Origin: the human T2T-CHM13v2.0 reference genome, Homo sapiens
Strand: one strand, 5' to 3'
DNA length: 64,000 nucleotides
Assembly: GCF_009914755.1 (NCBI RefSeq)
Contig: NC_060932.1
A program made the translations under genes and the position numbers. This document shows positions 21,956 to 41,442 of this stretch, piece by piece (within the stretch, counting starts at the first letter, position 1; each line of letters starts with the position of its first letter). The notes below the pieces were generated by a model. The model saw only the letters and a program-made list of their open reading frames with translations, ran no database searches and was not told the DNA's origin.

Positions 21956-22870
21956 ATCTGGGCAAGGGCCCCACATGCCCAGCAGCCCCATCCTTGTGAA
22001 TGATTATAGGGAGAAAAGCATTTTCCAGGCCAATGGCTCACTCCAGGTGCCAGGGGTCATGTCAATTTGCTCTGGAAAATATGTCACATCAGTAGCAGCA
22101 GGTGCAGTTGGAATAGCCACCTGCTGAGCTTTGTGAAAATCCACAGGCGTTCTCCAAGGATGCCCGCCTTGCGCCTCGCCCAGCTAGGGAGTCAGGTGGG
22201 GGCTGTGCTGGGGATCACCAGCCCTGCATCGTTCACATCTTTTGGGGGTAGCACTAACCTTGGCATTTTCACCAGACATGCAGATTTGAGTTCATTAACC
22301 TGGTAGGAAAGAAAAATTGCAGGGCTTCCATTTAACTTTTTATACCATGACAGCCGTAACCCTGTGGGTCACAGAGCTGATGTGAGAATGCCGCCGGTTT
22401 CTGGGATGTCTTTTTAGCTACACACTCAGGAGCTTGCAAAGTGACCACAGGCAGGCTCTGCAGAACTCCCAGGCCCAGCTCGAGATGAACTTGGACTACA
22501 GTTGCATGATCCCTGACCGTCAGCCACCACTTTGACTGGTGGACCACCATGGTGTTTTGGGGCCCCAGAATTTGGCATTCACCAAAATCAGTGTTCTGTG
22601 GGCCCTGAAAGCGCAGGATGTCGCCCTTGTCTGGAGCACCCCACTGAAGGGGCAGTGGCTCCCGTGGGGAAGGCTGGGAGGGCAAGTCCTGCACACCTGA
22701 GAGCCCAGGGAGCCCGGCTTTCTTGTCAACCACAGGTGAGGACAAGGACAGGAACACAACCAAATCAGTTGCACAACTGTGTCTTTTAGGGTCTGTCTCA
22801 TGGCACATTCTGGTGCCAAGTACTGCATCTATCAGAGTACAGTCAGGAAACAGAAAACTTACCACATTTA

Positions 22871-23190
<320 letters not shown>

Positions 23191-23289
23191 AAATAGTAAA
23201 GTTTTTATGAAGAATGGCCAAACAGCTATTATAAGTTTAAAGTAACAAGAAGGACCCTGAGCTCCCACGGAGATGATTCTGGAAGCAGC

Positions 23290-23880
23290 GATGCCCCCGG
23301 GTTGGAGCAGAGGAGCAGCGAGGGTTTTCTGCGCTCGGCATCGCGGCGGGGCCCTCCCAGGAGCCGGTCATCGCCGCGCAGGCGGGCCCGGGAGAGGCGG
23401 GGCGCGGCCCAGCGCGGTGGCATGGGGTCGACTTTGGACTTAGGAAGACTGCGCGGGGCGGGACCAGCTGCGGAGCGCAGGAGCACCAGGGACCTCCTGG
23501 TGCGAGCCGAAGACGGTCAGGGAGGCGAGCGGGCCCTGAAGACCCAGCCTGAACCAGGGCGTCAATGCGGGTTTCGCCGGGAGCAGCAGAGCGCGGAGCG
23601 GAGACTCCTGGGGCGCAGATCGGGGTAGGGCTGGAGGTGGAGCCGTCCCCGGAGCCGCGCGCCCGAGAAGGGACCCGGAGCATCTCCCGCGGGCGCCCTG
23701 CTCCTCCGGCTCCCCGCCGCCACCCTTTACCCCCGGGGCCCCGCGCCAGCCTAGTGGCGGGACGGCCTCCCGTCTCCCCTGGGAGTCCCGGAGACGCCCG
23801 GCCCCTGCCTGCTGCTCCGGCCCCGGGAAGCTGCGCGCGGACGCGATGCCTCCGACTCAGACCCCGTCTGCTCCACTGCT
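23290..23880. promoter_or_regulatory. intronic CpG island, candidate promoter/enhancer
   Basis: Dense CpG and GC boxes (GGGGCGGG ~23456) inside otherwise repeat-rich intron. Confidence 0.75.
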
Positions 23881-24638
23881 TCTGCCTTTCTGACCCAACT
23901 TTTGTTTTTTATGTGTCCAAATCTTGTAATATATTTATCTGTTTTTGAACAATTACATACTGACAGCCATAATGATAACTCGGCCTGGCGGGGTAACTCA
24001 CACCTGTAATCCCAGCACTTTAGGAGGCCTATGCGGGAGGATTGCTTCAGCCCAGGAGTTCGAGACCAACCTGGGCAACATAGTAAGACCCCAGCTCTAC
24101 CAAAACCATTTTTAAAAAAGCATTAGCTGCCTGTAGTGCCAGCTACTCCGGAGGCTGAGGTAGGAGGATCGCTTGAGCCCAGGGAGGTCGAGGCTGCAGT
24201 GATCTGAGATCACATCACTATACTCCAGCCCATAAACATGGAGCCTTATAGCTATATGTAAGGTTTTACAAATTAAATTTCAAAAGAAAATAAATTTCAG
24301 TGTTTTTTTTTTTTTGCAGGAAGTGTTATAGGATCTGCAATAAAAAGCATAACATATATTAGGATAGAAATATATCCTAACATATGATGTATACATTCTC
24401 CCTCTATAGGACATATATAAAGGAGAGTGGGATAGATATTGTATTTCAAGGAGAGTAACACAGTATATCATTTCTACTTATCGTAGAGCTTCTGTGTGTC
24501 TACAAAGTGTGATTATGGGTGTCCAATCATTTATGGTATTTGTATCCCATTCGTAAAGTAAGAGTTTACTTTAAAATGTATCAATATACCAGAAATCTGA
24601 TCCTTTGTAACTATTTAAACTTGTTAGGAAGAACTTTA

Positions 24639-25016
<378 letters not shown>

Positions 25017-25914
25017 TCATCAGCATACTGCACTGTCAAGATCATCTCAGGGGTGCTGAGACCACCAAGCTCCCTGTGGACATGACAAGATGGGAAGATA
25101 CGCTGATGCCACTTCCATGGAGGGGCAACTTGCTTCTGGTGAATGTTGATTGAGGAAGGAAAAAATATTTACCAGATCAGTCACTGCATAACAGGTGGTA
25201 AATTGTATTGATTTGTTTCATTAAGGAGAACACACTTGGAACAGCAGCTGCAAGGGGAGTCACCTTCTGATTAAGCTGACAGTGACCTAGGCATTCCCCA
25301 AAACCATCATTTTCTATTGAAATAAAACTGGAGAATGAAGTCTCAGACTGTGCAATTAGTCTACGCAATCCCCTAGTGATGCTGTGTTTTCTCTGACAGG
25401 CTGTTGTGGTAGGAAATTCATGACCCTCCCTCTTTTCTTTTTTTTTCTTTTCTCTTTTCTTTTCTTTCCTTTCCTTTCCTTTTGTTTTCCTTTTCCTTTT
25501 CCCTTTCTTTTCCTTTTCTTTTTCTTTTCTTAAAACTGAGTCTTGCTCTGTCACCCAGGCTGGAGTGCAGTGGTGCGATCTCAGCTCACTGCAACCTCTG
25601 CCTCCTGGTTCAGGAGATTCTCCTGCCTCAGCCCCCTGAGTAGCTGGGATTACAGGCGCCCGCCACCACGCCTGGCTAATTTTTGTATTTTTATTAGAGA
25701 CGGGGTTTCACCATGTCAGCCAGGCTGGTCTCAAAGTCCTGACCTCATGATCTGCCCGCCTTGGCCTCCCAAAGTGCTGGGATTACAGGCGTGAGCCACC
25801 GTGCCCGGCCTGGCTTTTCTTATAATGATGGTAAGAATATGATAATGGTAGTTAACATCTGTTGAATGCTTATTGTGTGTGAGACCCTGCTCTAAGTATT
25901 TTATATTTATTAGC

Positions 25915-26321
25915 TGATATGGTTTGGTCCCCTCCAAATCTCGTATTGAAGTGTGATCCCCAATGTCAAAAGTGGGGCCTGGTGGGAGGTGTTTGGATCA
26001 TGGGGGCGGGTCTCTCATGAATGGTTTGGTGCCCTCCTCACCATCATTAGTTCCACTCCGTGAGCTCACAAGCTCGCACGAGAGCTGGTTGGTTACACAG
26101 CCTGGCATCCATCTTGCTCTGCCACTTGCCATGGGGCACACCTGCTTCTCCTTTACCTTCTACCATGAGTAAAGGCTTCCTGAGGCCTCCCCAGAAGCAG
26201 AGCAGATGCAGGTGCCATGCTTGTGCAGCCTGCAGAACCGTGAGCCAAGTAAACCTCTTCTCTTTATAAATTACCCAGTCTCAGGTGTTCCTCTGTGGCA
26301 ATGCAAAAACAGACTAACACA
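25915..26321 (+). mobile_element. MST-family MaLR solo LTR inserted in a MIR
   Basis: TG...CA termini: tgatatggtttgg...acagactaacaca with ctttataaattacccagtctcagg. Confidence 0.85.
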
Positions 26322-27552
26322 TTAGCCAATTGATCCTCCAAACAGAAACAAAATCCACAAGCCCTAGGGGCAGGCAGAGTGGTTAACCCTCTTTTAACAT
26401 ATGAATACACTGGGGACTTAAGCTGGTAATTTTTTGTTATACGAGATATGATAATTCATTTCAACGGAGTCACAAAAAGTCCCTCAAGTTTTGATTTGGG
26501 AATTTAAAAATATGTAGCTGATCTGGGAATAGAAGGATGATTCTCCTTCAAGGACCATGCCTTGTTTAAAGTTCTACATTCCTCTGATACTCTCAGCAGT
26601 CACAGAACAGAGACAGGAAACATTGTGTGGAGGGCCCGCCGGAAGGACTCGGCGGCAGAGGATTCCACCTGCACAGGAAAGGTGGACAGCTGCTTGGTAG
26701 CAGAAAAAAAACGAACAAAACCTGACTCATACAACCTGTAAGCAACGCCCCCAAATCAAAGGAAAAAGCTGCAGATCACAAATCATCCAATATTCCAGTA
26801 TCCCAGTATTCAGAAATAACAAACGTGCAGACCAGGCGCAGTGGCTCCTGCCTTAAACCCCAGCACTCTGGGAAGTTGAGGTGGGAGGATCACTTGAGCT
26901 CAGGAGTTTGAGACCAGCCTGGGCAACATGGTGAGACTCCGTCGCTACAAAAAAAAAAAAAAAAAATTAGTGCCTGTAGTCCCAGCTCCTCAGGAGACTG
27001 AGGTGGGTGGATCACCTGAGCCTGGGGAGGTCAAGGCTGCAGTGAGCCGTGATGGCGTCACTGCACTCCAGCCTCAGTAACAAAGCAAGACCCTGTTTCT
27101 AAAAAAACCAAACAAAACAAAACTGAAAAAAGAAATAACAAACGTGCAAACATTTGATAAATAATCCAAATATTTCTCTCTCCATTTTTACAGGGGTAAA
27201 TTTCCATAATTATGAAGAGGCAGAAAGAGATGGAGAGAGAGAATGTTATAACAGCAGAGATATTTTATACATTTCATTTTAAAAATAAAATGTTAAATTT
27301 AACAAATGAAAATTAGTGAACCTCAAGGAATTGCTGGATGCATAAAAATCTCTTAAAAATTGTGTACAAAAGAACATATGTAATATATATGTGCCTTAGG
27401 ACAATAGAATGTAAGAGCTCACATGTCACCAACACTATTGCATCCCCACCTAACTCTGCTCCTCCCTGCAGATGAATCCACTCTTACAAATGTGTTCACC
27501 ATTCCCTTACTTTTAAAATACAATTTTCAAAAAATAAAAAATAAAAATTTCA

Positions 27553-27874
<322 letters not shown>

Positions 27875-28804
27875 TTATGATTATATATAATCCTCTCATC
27901 CTCACCCAATCTGAGAATGTCTATCTTTACATTTTGCAAAATTACTGGATATAAAATGAGCCTCCATGGTAATTTTAGTTTGCATTTCATGGAATGTGTT
28001 TTCAAAGGTTTATTAGCCAATCCATTTTCCTCTTCTGGGAAATGCCTGTTCATCTCTCTGCCCATTGCTCTATGGATTACTTACCTGTTTCTTTGACATA
28101 TGCAGAAGTTCTTTAACAGGTTTATGTGTTGCAAATTTCTTTTCCAAATTTATATGGTTTTTCACTTTTGGTATGTTATTTTTAGATAAGCAGAAGTTTT
28201 ACATTTTGACATGCTTTAGTCGTCTTTTCCTTTGTGGTATATAAAGTACATATTTTAAAAGTCATCCTTTGTTTTATGTAGCTGTGGTTCATGTTCATGG
28301 CTGTTTAGGTGTCTGTTATGTGCATATAACATTACTGATTCATTCTACTGCTGGTAGACATTTGGATTATTTGTAGATTTTGGTTTTAAAAATAACACTA
28401 GCATGGATTTTCTTGCACGTGTCTCCTGGTGCACACATCCATGCATTTTTGGGGGCACACACCTGGGAGAAAGGTTGCTAAGGCACAGGTGTGCCAAGCC
28501 GTCTGCTGACGTGGGTGTTCTGATTTCCCTCCCCACAGCAGTGTAGGGACCGGTGTTCTGCAAGCCTCCCGTGGGTAGTAGCAGCCTCTCTCTAGCCGGT
28601 GTGCGTGGTATTAGGTGAGGTTTTAGATTGGATTTCCCTGGTGACTAATGAGATTCATCACATTTCCATATATTTATTGGCCACCTGGGTAGGCTCTTGT
28701 GTGCATTCAGGTATGTTACTAGTTCTCTATTGTGCTGCTGCCTTTTTTCTTACGGCTTTGTAGTATTTCCCAATATATTCGGAATACAAACCTTTTGTCA
28801 GTTA

Positions 28805-29395
<591 letters not shown>

Positions 29396-30240
29396 TCATA
29401 CGGGTTTCTGATTGGACCCCACCACTGACTGAAATCTCTATTCTTTCCCACGGCTCTGTAGGCCCCCTGGCCAGGAAGTGCCCATATGCCCGGGGGCTGT
29501 TTCTGAACCCACGGCCACTGGTCTCCGTGTGAGAACATCGCACTGTCTTCACCGACATGAGGTCCTAATATCAAGAAAAGCAAGTCCTCTCACCGAATTC
29601 TTCTTTGAATTATTTGCCATTCTTGGCTCTTTCGCAGATACATTCCAGAATCACGTGGTCAATTTTCACACAAACAAAGCAAAACAGCCCTGCTGGGTGA
29701 ACTTCATTAGGATTTCGTTGAACCTATAGCTCAATGTGCGGAGAGTATCACCTCTACAGCAGTGTCCACTCAATCTATGAATATGGTATATCTCTCCTTT
29801 TGTTTTCTGTTTTGTCTTAGTGCTCTTCAGAAATGTTTTATGAGTGTGTGTGTGTGTGTTTGCTCATGTGTATAGAGATCTTGTGTGTATCTTTGTCAGA
29901 TTTAATCCTAGTATTTGACAATTGTTTACCTTTTTATTTTCAAGTAGTTTTGGTCTTGCAGAAAAGTAACAGAATTAGTATGGGGATTTTCCATAGATGT
30001 GTAACTTACCCAGCTTCCTCTAAGATTAACATCTTACATAGAGACAGTACAAGGAACAGAACCAGGAAATCAACACTAGCATAAAACCATTAACTAAAGA
30101 CCTTCTCAAATTTCACCAGTTTTTCCAGGATGCCATATTGCATTTATTTGCTGTTTCTGCATAGTTACCTGTAGTCTGTAACTGTTCCTATAGTCATGAC
30201 TTTTCTTTCACGACCTTGACACTTTTGAAGAATGAATCTG

Positions 30241-30693
<453 letters not shown>

Positions 30694-30770
30694 TAAAAAT
30701 TAAAAATAAAATAAAGCAGAAATGATGTTGTGTTTTTGACGTACATCATGTCATGGGGCTTACGGTGCGG

Positions 30771-30880
30771 GAACGTCTCACCGCTTGTGACGTTGCCCTC
30801 GATCACTTAGTAGGAGGGTTTCCGCGAATGTCTCACTGCTTGTGACGTTGCCCTCGATCACTTAGTGGGGGGGTTTCCGC
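30771..30880. repeat. 55-bp tandem duplication
   Basis: GAACGTCTCACCGCTTGTGACGTTGCCCTCGATCACTTAG...TTTCCGC twice with few mismatches. Confidence 0.9.
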
Positions 30881-31467
30881 CAGGTTTCTCCTTTGTAAAT
30901 GTACTATGTTTTCCTTTCGTGGTTGATACTTATCTTGGAAGAGATATATTGAGACAAGAGAAATTCTGCTTCTCTTCAAACCCCTGCCCACTGAAACGTG
31001 CGCCGGCGGACATACGTCGGTGGCTGTCAGCTGCAGCCGCTGCACTTCTTGTGTGCCCGATGGGAATCTGCTCCTTCCCTGCCCCCTCCTACACCCATTG
31101 ATGGGATTCTACTTTCCCTCCACTCCCTCTAGTGTGTTTTTAATCCTTTATTTGTATCACTATGGACTCACTGACGTTTATTTTGTGGGCTTAATCCAAG
31201 TATATGATAGTTTTTTGATGCTAAATATATTAAATTTTTCTGTTGCTGCTTGTGTACAGAAATACACTTTGTGAGTATGAGGTTATATTCAGAACCTTCC
31301 CAAGATTGCTTATTGATGATAATCATTTGTGATGAGTTCTTCTGGATTTTTATGTGCATCATCTGCAAATGAAGATGACTTTGACTGTTTGCTGTCACTC
31401 TTTGGAGCTGGGCCCCTGTTACCATCAGGGTTATTTTATTTCGTGAAGGTTGTGATTCTGACCCAAA

Positions 31468-32078
31468 TAGGGCTACCAGATGAAACAGGGCTCCCAAAAT
31501 CCGGGACATCCATTTAAATTTGAATTTCTCATATATACATATTCTATATGTATAATATAAAAATATATATATTTTACTGAGACAGGGTCTCGCTCTGTTG
31601 TCCAGGCTGGAGTGCAGTGGCATGATCATGGCTCACTGCAGCATTGACCTGGGCTCAAGCCATCTTCCCATCTCAGCCTCCTGAGTAACCGGGACTACAG
31701 ATGCACGCCACTGCACCCAGCTAATTTTTAGTTATTTGTAGAGACAGGGGTCTCCCTACGTGGCCCAGGCTGGTCTTGAACTTCTGGGCTCAAGTGGTCC
31801 TCCCACCTTAGCCTCCCAAAGTGTTGGGATTACAGATGTGAGCCATTGCACTTGGCCCTATATATATTTTTTTAAAGAGAGACAGGGTCTCACCACGTTG
31901 TCCAGGCTGGCCTCAAACTCCTGGGCTCAAGCAATCCTCCCATCTCAGCCTCCCAATGTGCTGGGATTACAAGGCCACTGCGCTTGGCCTAAATTTGAAT
32001 TTCAGATAAACAGGAATAATTTACTTAGTGTATGTCCCCCAAATTGCATCCTGTTTATTAGCTAAATCTGGCAACCCT
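31468..32078. mobile_element. MER53-like hAT MITE split by Alu insertions
   Basis: Inverted termini tagggctaccaga / tctggcaacccta; TAAATTTGAATTTC duplicated either side of the Alus. Confidence 0.65.
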
Positions 32079-33570
32079 AAACCCAAGCCATACCCAGTGC
32101 TCTAAATGCAGGTCTGTCCCTTGGCCCGTCCTCTGCTGAGCAGCTGACCCTTTGCTCTGGGCCAGGCCAGGCCCACCTGCCTGGTGTTGGGACCACCCTG
32201 CTGCACTGTTTTGGAGACCTCGTTCTTCATTTCCTCAGTAGCTTTGAATGCCGTCAGACACTTGTTTAAAAAACACTTTGATTTCGTCTGTCTTCTCTCT
32301 TGCTGTCACTGGGAAGGCTGCACCTCCTGCCCTGCCATCTGTGCTGCAGAACCAAATACTCTTCCTGGCCTACTGTTTTCCCTGCAGAATTTTGTGGACA
32401 CTGCTTCATTTTCTTCTAACATTTAGTGTTTCTGTAAAAAGCCTTCGGAGGTGGCCGTGGTGCACAGGCGTGTGCCTGTGGTCCCAGCTACTCGGAGGCT
32501 GAGGTGGGAGGATTGCCGGAACCGGGGAAGTGGAAGCAGCAGTGAGCAGAGATTGTGCCACTGTGCTGCATCCTGGGTGACAGAGTGAGACCCTGTCTCA
32601 AAAAGAAAAAAGCCTCAGGAGAGCCGGACTTTCCTGTCATAGGTGCTTTGCTCTTTCTCCTCGGGTGCTTGAAAAACATTTTGTTTTGAGGCTTAACTTC
32701 AGCGAATTGTGTCTGATGCCTGTTGTTCATGCCCTTTGTTTTCTGGGATTTTTCCCCCTTTTGTCTTAAGATTCATTTCAGGATTTCCTGGGTTTTATCT
32801 TGAGTGTTTGCTCTTTGCTTGCATTGTCAGTCTCTGCATCCTAGACGCACGTTATTCTTATGACTGTATTATCTCTGTCCACTGCCACTCGGGGTCCCGC
32901 CCTCCTGACGGCGCCTCTCCCTTTATTCTCCTTCGCTGTGATTTTCCCACATGGGCTCAGCTCTCCACCCTGCCCCCGCTGGCTGCTCCGGTCCGTGCCC
33001 TGGGCCTGCAGGGCCTTCCGCGTCTCCCAGTCTCGCCTCATCCCGCCATTCTGCCCATGCTCCCTGGGAGCTTGGTTGTGGGAATCATAGTACTTGGCTC
33101 CCCAGCGGGCGCACCTGTGGAGACCCAGCTGCGCTGCCTGCTTGCTTCTGGCCTGCGCTCCCGTGGCTCCCTGCTGGGTACCCGCGTGGCCCGACAGCCT
33201 CGCCTGGCCACCCGTGCCCTGGCACAAGTCACACCCACGGGGCGCACGCTGAGCGTTCACTGTGGCGGAAGCGCCACAAGCGCCCCATTGCTGGACTCTT
33301 AGAAAGCTGCAGGTATCGTTCCACGTTAGAGCAAGGGGCTCAGGCCGGGGAGGCTGAGTGGTGCCCGGACTTCCCCAGGCCAGTCAGGGCAGCGCTGAGC
33401 CCGACGCCCTCTCCTCCGCCCCCTCCTCACTGCGAGGCGGCTCCAGGCTCGGGCTCAGCGCTCCGTTGCAGCCGCGGTGGGGCGAGGGCGAGGCCGAGCC
33501 GGAGAGGACAGAGCTCCCTCTGGGGCCCTGGGCTCCGCGCCCTCTTCTGAGTCCAGCGGGGCTGTGATGA

Positions 33571-35090
<1,520 letters not shown>

Positions 35091-35521
35091 GTGCACACCC
35101 AGGCAGGGAAGGCTCACCCGACCGGCTGTCTCTGAAAGCTGTCAGAAGCCTGAGTGGCCTGCTAGAGCGGTTTCCTAGCCCCGCCGTGCGCCATTCCCTT
35201 CCTGGAAGTCCTGACTTTAAAACCTCGTCAGTCTGCAGTGGAAGTGGCAGCGACTCCCATTTTGTGAATGCCTTTGGTGTCGGGTTTTGTGTCATTTCCT
35301 TCCGTGCTTTGCCTGAGGAAGTGGTGTTACTGATGGAGAAACTGAGGCTGGCGATTCCAGGGTTGGCAGAGCTCACGGCGCTGGGGGCAGCACGGGGCCC
35401 ACCCATCGGTCCCCTCACTGTCAGTACGTCGGTTTTCCAGAGAACTTGAGCCACACAGCCCAGCCACAGAGCTCCTTTCTAGAGCCTTTGAGCTATGTTA
35501 GAAAGGACAGTCTGGCTGTCT

Positions 35522-35965
<444 letters not shown>

Positions 35966-38280
35966 TTAGTTTCATTTAAATCAACTTAATTTGAACCCCA
36001 GTCCCTCTCCCATCTCAGTCATTATGTTCCCCCACCCCACCCCTAACCTCACCCCACATCCCACACAAATCTGGAGGTGCTGCCTGGAGTCTGGGTTCTG
36101 CCTCTGGCCCACGGCAGACACCTGGGAGATGCATCCACTGGACTGCTGCCAGAGTCTTTGCCCAGCTAGGGACCCACCCCCAGACTCTCCTCCTGTAGGT
36201 GCTGCCTGGGAGCCTGTCCTGCCCCTCTCTTCTTTCTCCTTGTCTGCAAAGGGTCCTTCTTCCTGGGCTGGAGGGGAGGGGCAGGGCCGAGGCGGTGGGC
36301 TTAGGGAGGGGCTGAGGATACGGTGAGGCGTCCAGAGGTGCAAGTGGGAGTCAGGGGTGCTGGGGTGTCCAGCAGACCTGCTGCCTGGGGCATGGTGGCC
36401 CGGAGAGCTGAGAAGGGCAGCAGCTGGGGGTGCTGGGGGAGCCCTTGGGTGCCAGGGGACTGTGTGTTCACTCCATGGTGCTGGAGCATTGGCCATCCAC
36501 AGGCAAAGGGGTTAGTGTGGACCTGAAGCACACACCTATAAAAAATGAACTCAAAGTGGATTATAGATTTAAATGTAAAGGGTAAAATTACAAAACTTTT
36601 AGAACACATAGGAGAAAAATCTTTGGGGCCTAGGACTTGGAGGGATTCTTGGACATGACACAAAAAGCACAATCCAAAAAAAAAAAAAACCACATTGATA
36701 AACAGAACTTCATCAGAATGTAAAATGTTTGCTTTGTAAAAGACCTGTCAAGAAGAAAAGAAGCCACAGGCAGGAGCAAACGTTTGTGAACCACGCATCT
36801 GGCAAGGCACGTGTACCTAGAACATAGAAAAAACTCACATCGCAAACAACAATGAAACATACAATCTAGGTATAAAATGAGCAAAGACATGAAGAGAAAT
36901 TTCACCAAAGAGGATCTAATGATGGCAGATGAACACCCGAGGAGGTGTTGCACACCACCTCACACCTCCCAGGACAGCCCAGGTCAAACTAGAGCTGGAG
37001 CCGAACGAGGGCAGGGATGTGGGGAAGCTGGCCCTGCCACACCTTGCTGGGGGGACGCAGCACCAGTACAGCCGCTCTTGCAAATAGGCAGGCGGTTTCT
37101 TAAAAAGTGAACACATTTACCATGTAACACAGCATCAGACTCCTAGACATTTGCTCCAGTAAAAGGAAAACTAGGTCCACACAAAAATGTGTACACAGAT
37201 GTTCACAGCAGCTTTATTTACAATAGCCAAAAAGTGGAAACGACTCAGATGTCCTCCAGCAGGCGAGTGGCTCCACTAGCTTGGTGCATTCCTGCCACGA
37301 AACACGCTTGGCAATAAAACGGTGTGCACACATGATCCATGCAACAACTAGCAACGTGGAGAAACCGGAAGGGAGCTTCACAGAGTGGGGGAGAAGGTCA
37401 CACACACTCACATGACAACACTGTGGAGACGGAGGACAGATCGGAGGGCTGCAGGGGTTACGGATGGGAGTGGGGGCAGGAAAAGCGGGGAGAGATGGGG
37501 CCGACTGGGCAGGAGTAGCACAAGAGACCCTTGAGGTGATGAGACAGTCTTGTATCTTGATTACGATGGTCGTAACGCAAAACTGCACATGTGAGAAAAT
37601 TGTAATGATACACACACACACACGAGTAGATGTGAAATAGTTGAAATCCACTGTGAGCCCTGTAGATTGTACTATGTCAGTATCCTAGTTTGTATGTTGT
37701 ACCGTAATTATGTAAGAAGTCATCATTGGGGGAGCTTGTTAAGGGTATATGGGAACTCTACTATTTTTGTAACTTCATGTAAATCAAAATAAAAATTCAA
37801 AATAAAAATTTAGTTAAATTGCCAGGCATGCTACACACACACACACACACAGACACACACACACACACACACGAAAAATGACCCAGAGTGAAGAGAAAAA
37901 TCAATGAAAACAGACTCAGGGATGACACAGGAGATGGAATTAGTAGACAAGAACATTAAAAGTTATTATAGCTGAGGCCGGGCGGGGTGGCTCACACCTG
38001 TCATCCCAGCACTGTGGGAGGCCGAGGCGGGCAGATCACAAGGTCAGGAGTTTGAGACCAGCCTGGCCAACATGGTGAAACCCCATCTCTACTAAAAATA
38101 CAAAAATTAGCTGCTGGGCGTGGTGGTGGGCACCTCTAATCCCAGCTACTTAGGAGGCTGAGAGAGGAGAAGTGCTTGAACTCAGGAGGCAGAAGTTGCA
38201 GTGAGCTGAGATCGCGCCACTGGGCTTCAGCCTGGGCAACAGAGTGAGATTCCGCCTCAAAAACAAAAAAACTATAGCTG

Positions 38281-38321
<41 letters not shown>

Positions 38322-38501
38322 ATTCCTAAACTAGAGATGAAAACTGCAATGTCTGAGATGAAAAGTACATTGATACACTGGATGGGATTAATGGAAGATG
38401 CAGATTAGACACTGAAGAAAATTAGTTAATCTGAAGATATAGCAATAGAAACTCTCCAAAATGAAACAAAGAGAAAGAGAAGGTTGAAAAAAATTGAGGA
38501 G

Positions 38502-38883
<382 letters not shown>

Positions 38884-40411
38884 TTATCCTCTCACTTCAA
38901 ACAAGAACAAATCCAAGACAGAATATAGGAAACAAAGGTTTCCAAGACATTGGACATCAGGCAACAAATCAGAAAGAGATCTCCAAGAGGCTGAAAATAA
39001 GCAAAGTGAGCCCTAAGCTTGTCCCAGTTTACCACCTTGAGAGAATTTTCAGGGTGTAGTATAGGAAGGGGGAACGTAGACAGAGCCAGGCATATTCTCT
39101 GAGTTAAGGAGACAAGAATTCAGAATTCAAGGATACTGAGGCAGCAGGAGATCACAAGTGCCAGAGGGGAGACAGCTGAAGAAAGAAAGAACCCTAGAGA
39201 CATGGACACGATCCCCTTTGGTCATTCAGTTGGATCCCTCGTGGTAGTTAGTTGTAGCTAATAAGGCAGTTGAATATTTAATGGCTCCTATACATGGGGA
39301 AACGGCTCAAGGCTGGGGAAACGGGCTTCTGAGAAGCGTGAAGGAAGCAGTGCCTACTCCCGTCAGCCAGGGTGAAAAATCTCATGATTCATAGGGTATT
39401 GGGTGGAGTTCTCAGAAGGAGCTTGGCTCAGTGGTGAGGGATCATTATTCCTAGAATTAAAAAAAAAATTAATTTGAACCAGGCATGGTGGCATGTGCCT
39501 GTGGTCCCAACTACTTGGGATGCTGAAGGGGAAGGATCACTTGAACCCAGGAGATGGAGGCTGAAGTGAGACGTGATTGTGCCACTGTCCTCCAGCCTGG
39601 GCGACAGAGCAAGACCCTATATAAGACACACACATATATATACACACACATATATATTATCGTATATATACATATATATGCACATACATTATCATATATA
39701 CATATATACACATATATATGAGATAATAATTGGCTGGCCACAGTGGCTTACACCTGTAATCCCAGCACTTTGGGAAGCTGAGGTGCGTAGATCACCTGAG
39801 GTCAGGAGTTTGAGACCAGGCTGGCTAACATGGTGAAACCCTGTCTCTACTAAAAATACAAAAATTTGCTGGGCATGGTGGCAGGCGCCTGTAATCCCAG
39901 CTGCTCAGGGGGCTGAGGCAGGAGAATTGCTTGAACCCGGGAGGCGGAGGCTGCAGTGAGCTGAGCTGAGATCATGCCACTGCACTCCAGCCTGGGCGAC
40001 AGAACAAGACTCCGTCTTAAAAAAAAAAAAAAAAAAAAAAACCACTAAAAAAAAATCCCAAAATATACCGGAAAGGCTGGGAGGGGTAAATGGAAGTGTA
40101 TTGTCTTAAGGTTCTTATATGTGCAGTGGTTTAATATCATTAAAAAGTAGATTGTGACAATTTAGAGCTGTATACTCTAAAGCCTAAAGCAACTACTACA
40201 ATATCAAAAGAGTTGGAGCTAATAAGCCAACAAAAGAGATAAAATGGAATTCTTAAAAAATATTGCCAAAGAAGTCAGGAAAAGAGGAAAAGGAAAAGAA
40301 CCACTGGGACCAGTGGGAAACAAACAGCAAATGGTAGATTTTAACTCCACCATATAAATAATCTCATTACACATGGACATTCTAAACACCCCAATTAAAA
40401 GATGGATTGTT

Positions 40412-40740
<329 letters not shown>

Positions 40741-41256
40741 CTAACTATGTTCTACCTATAAGAAACAAGCTTTAAATGTAAAAGCACAAATAGTTGAAAA
40801 TTAAAATGATAAAAACAAATATGCCAAGATAACACTAAACAGGATGCTGAAGTAACTGTATTAACATCAAGTAGATTTCAGAAAAAAGTATGTTACTAAG
40901 GATAAAAGAATCATTTAGTAATGACAAATGTAGGAATTCATCATGAGGACATAAAAATCCTAAATGTTCATGCAGCTACTAACAGGGTTTCAAAATGCAT
41001 GAAGCAAAAACTATGAGAACTACAAGGAGAAATAAAGAGATCCACAATGGTAATAGGCGATTTTGCCATCTCTCTCTCCCCATAATTGATGAGACAAGTA
41101 GACGGAATATCAGCGATGATACCGAAGAGCTGAACCACGCTGTCCATCACCATCCCTTCATCATTCATCAGTCATCGTTTCCATACATTCACCCACTTCA
41201 TCCGTCTCGCCCCAGTATTGGTTTGCGCTTTCGCCAATTCATAATTATCTTATTAA

Positions 41257-41442
<186 letters not shown>

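Noticed and set aside
20955-21974. 339-aa ORF as a novel protein gene
   Set aside because: Only part is in the SPRING1 frame; the rest is frameshifted pseudogene/UTR running into an Alu tail.
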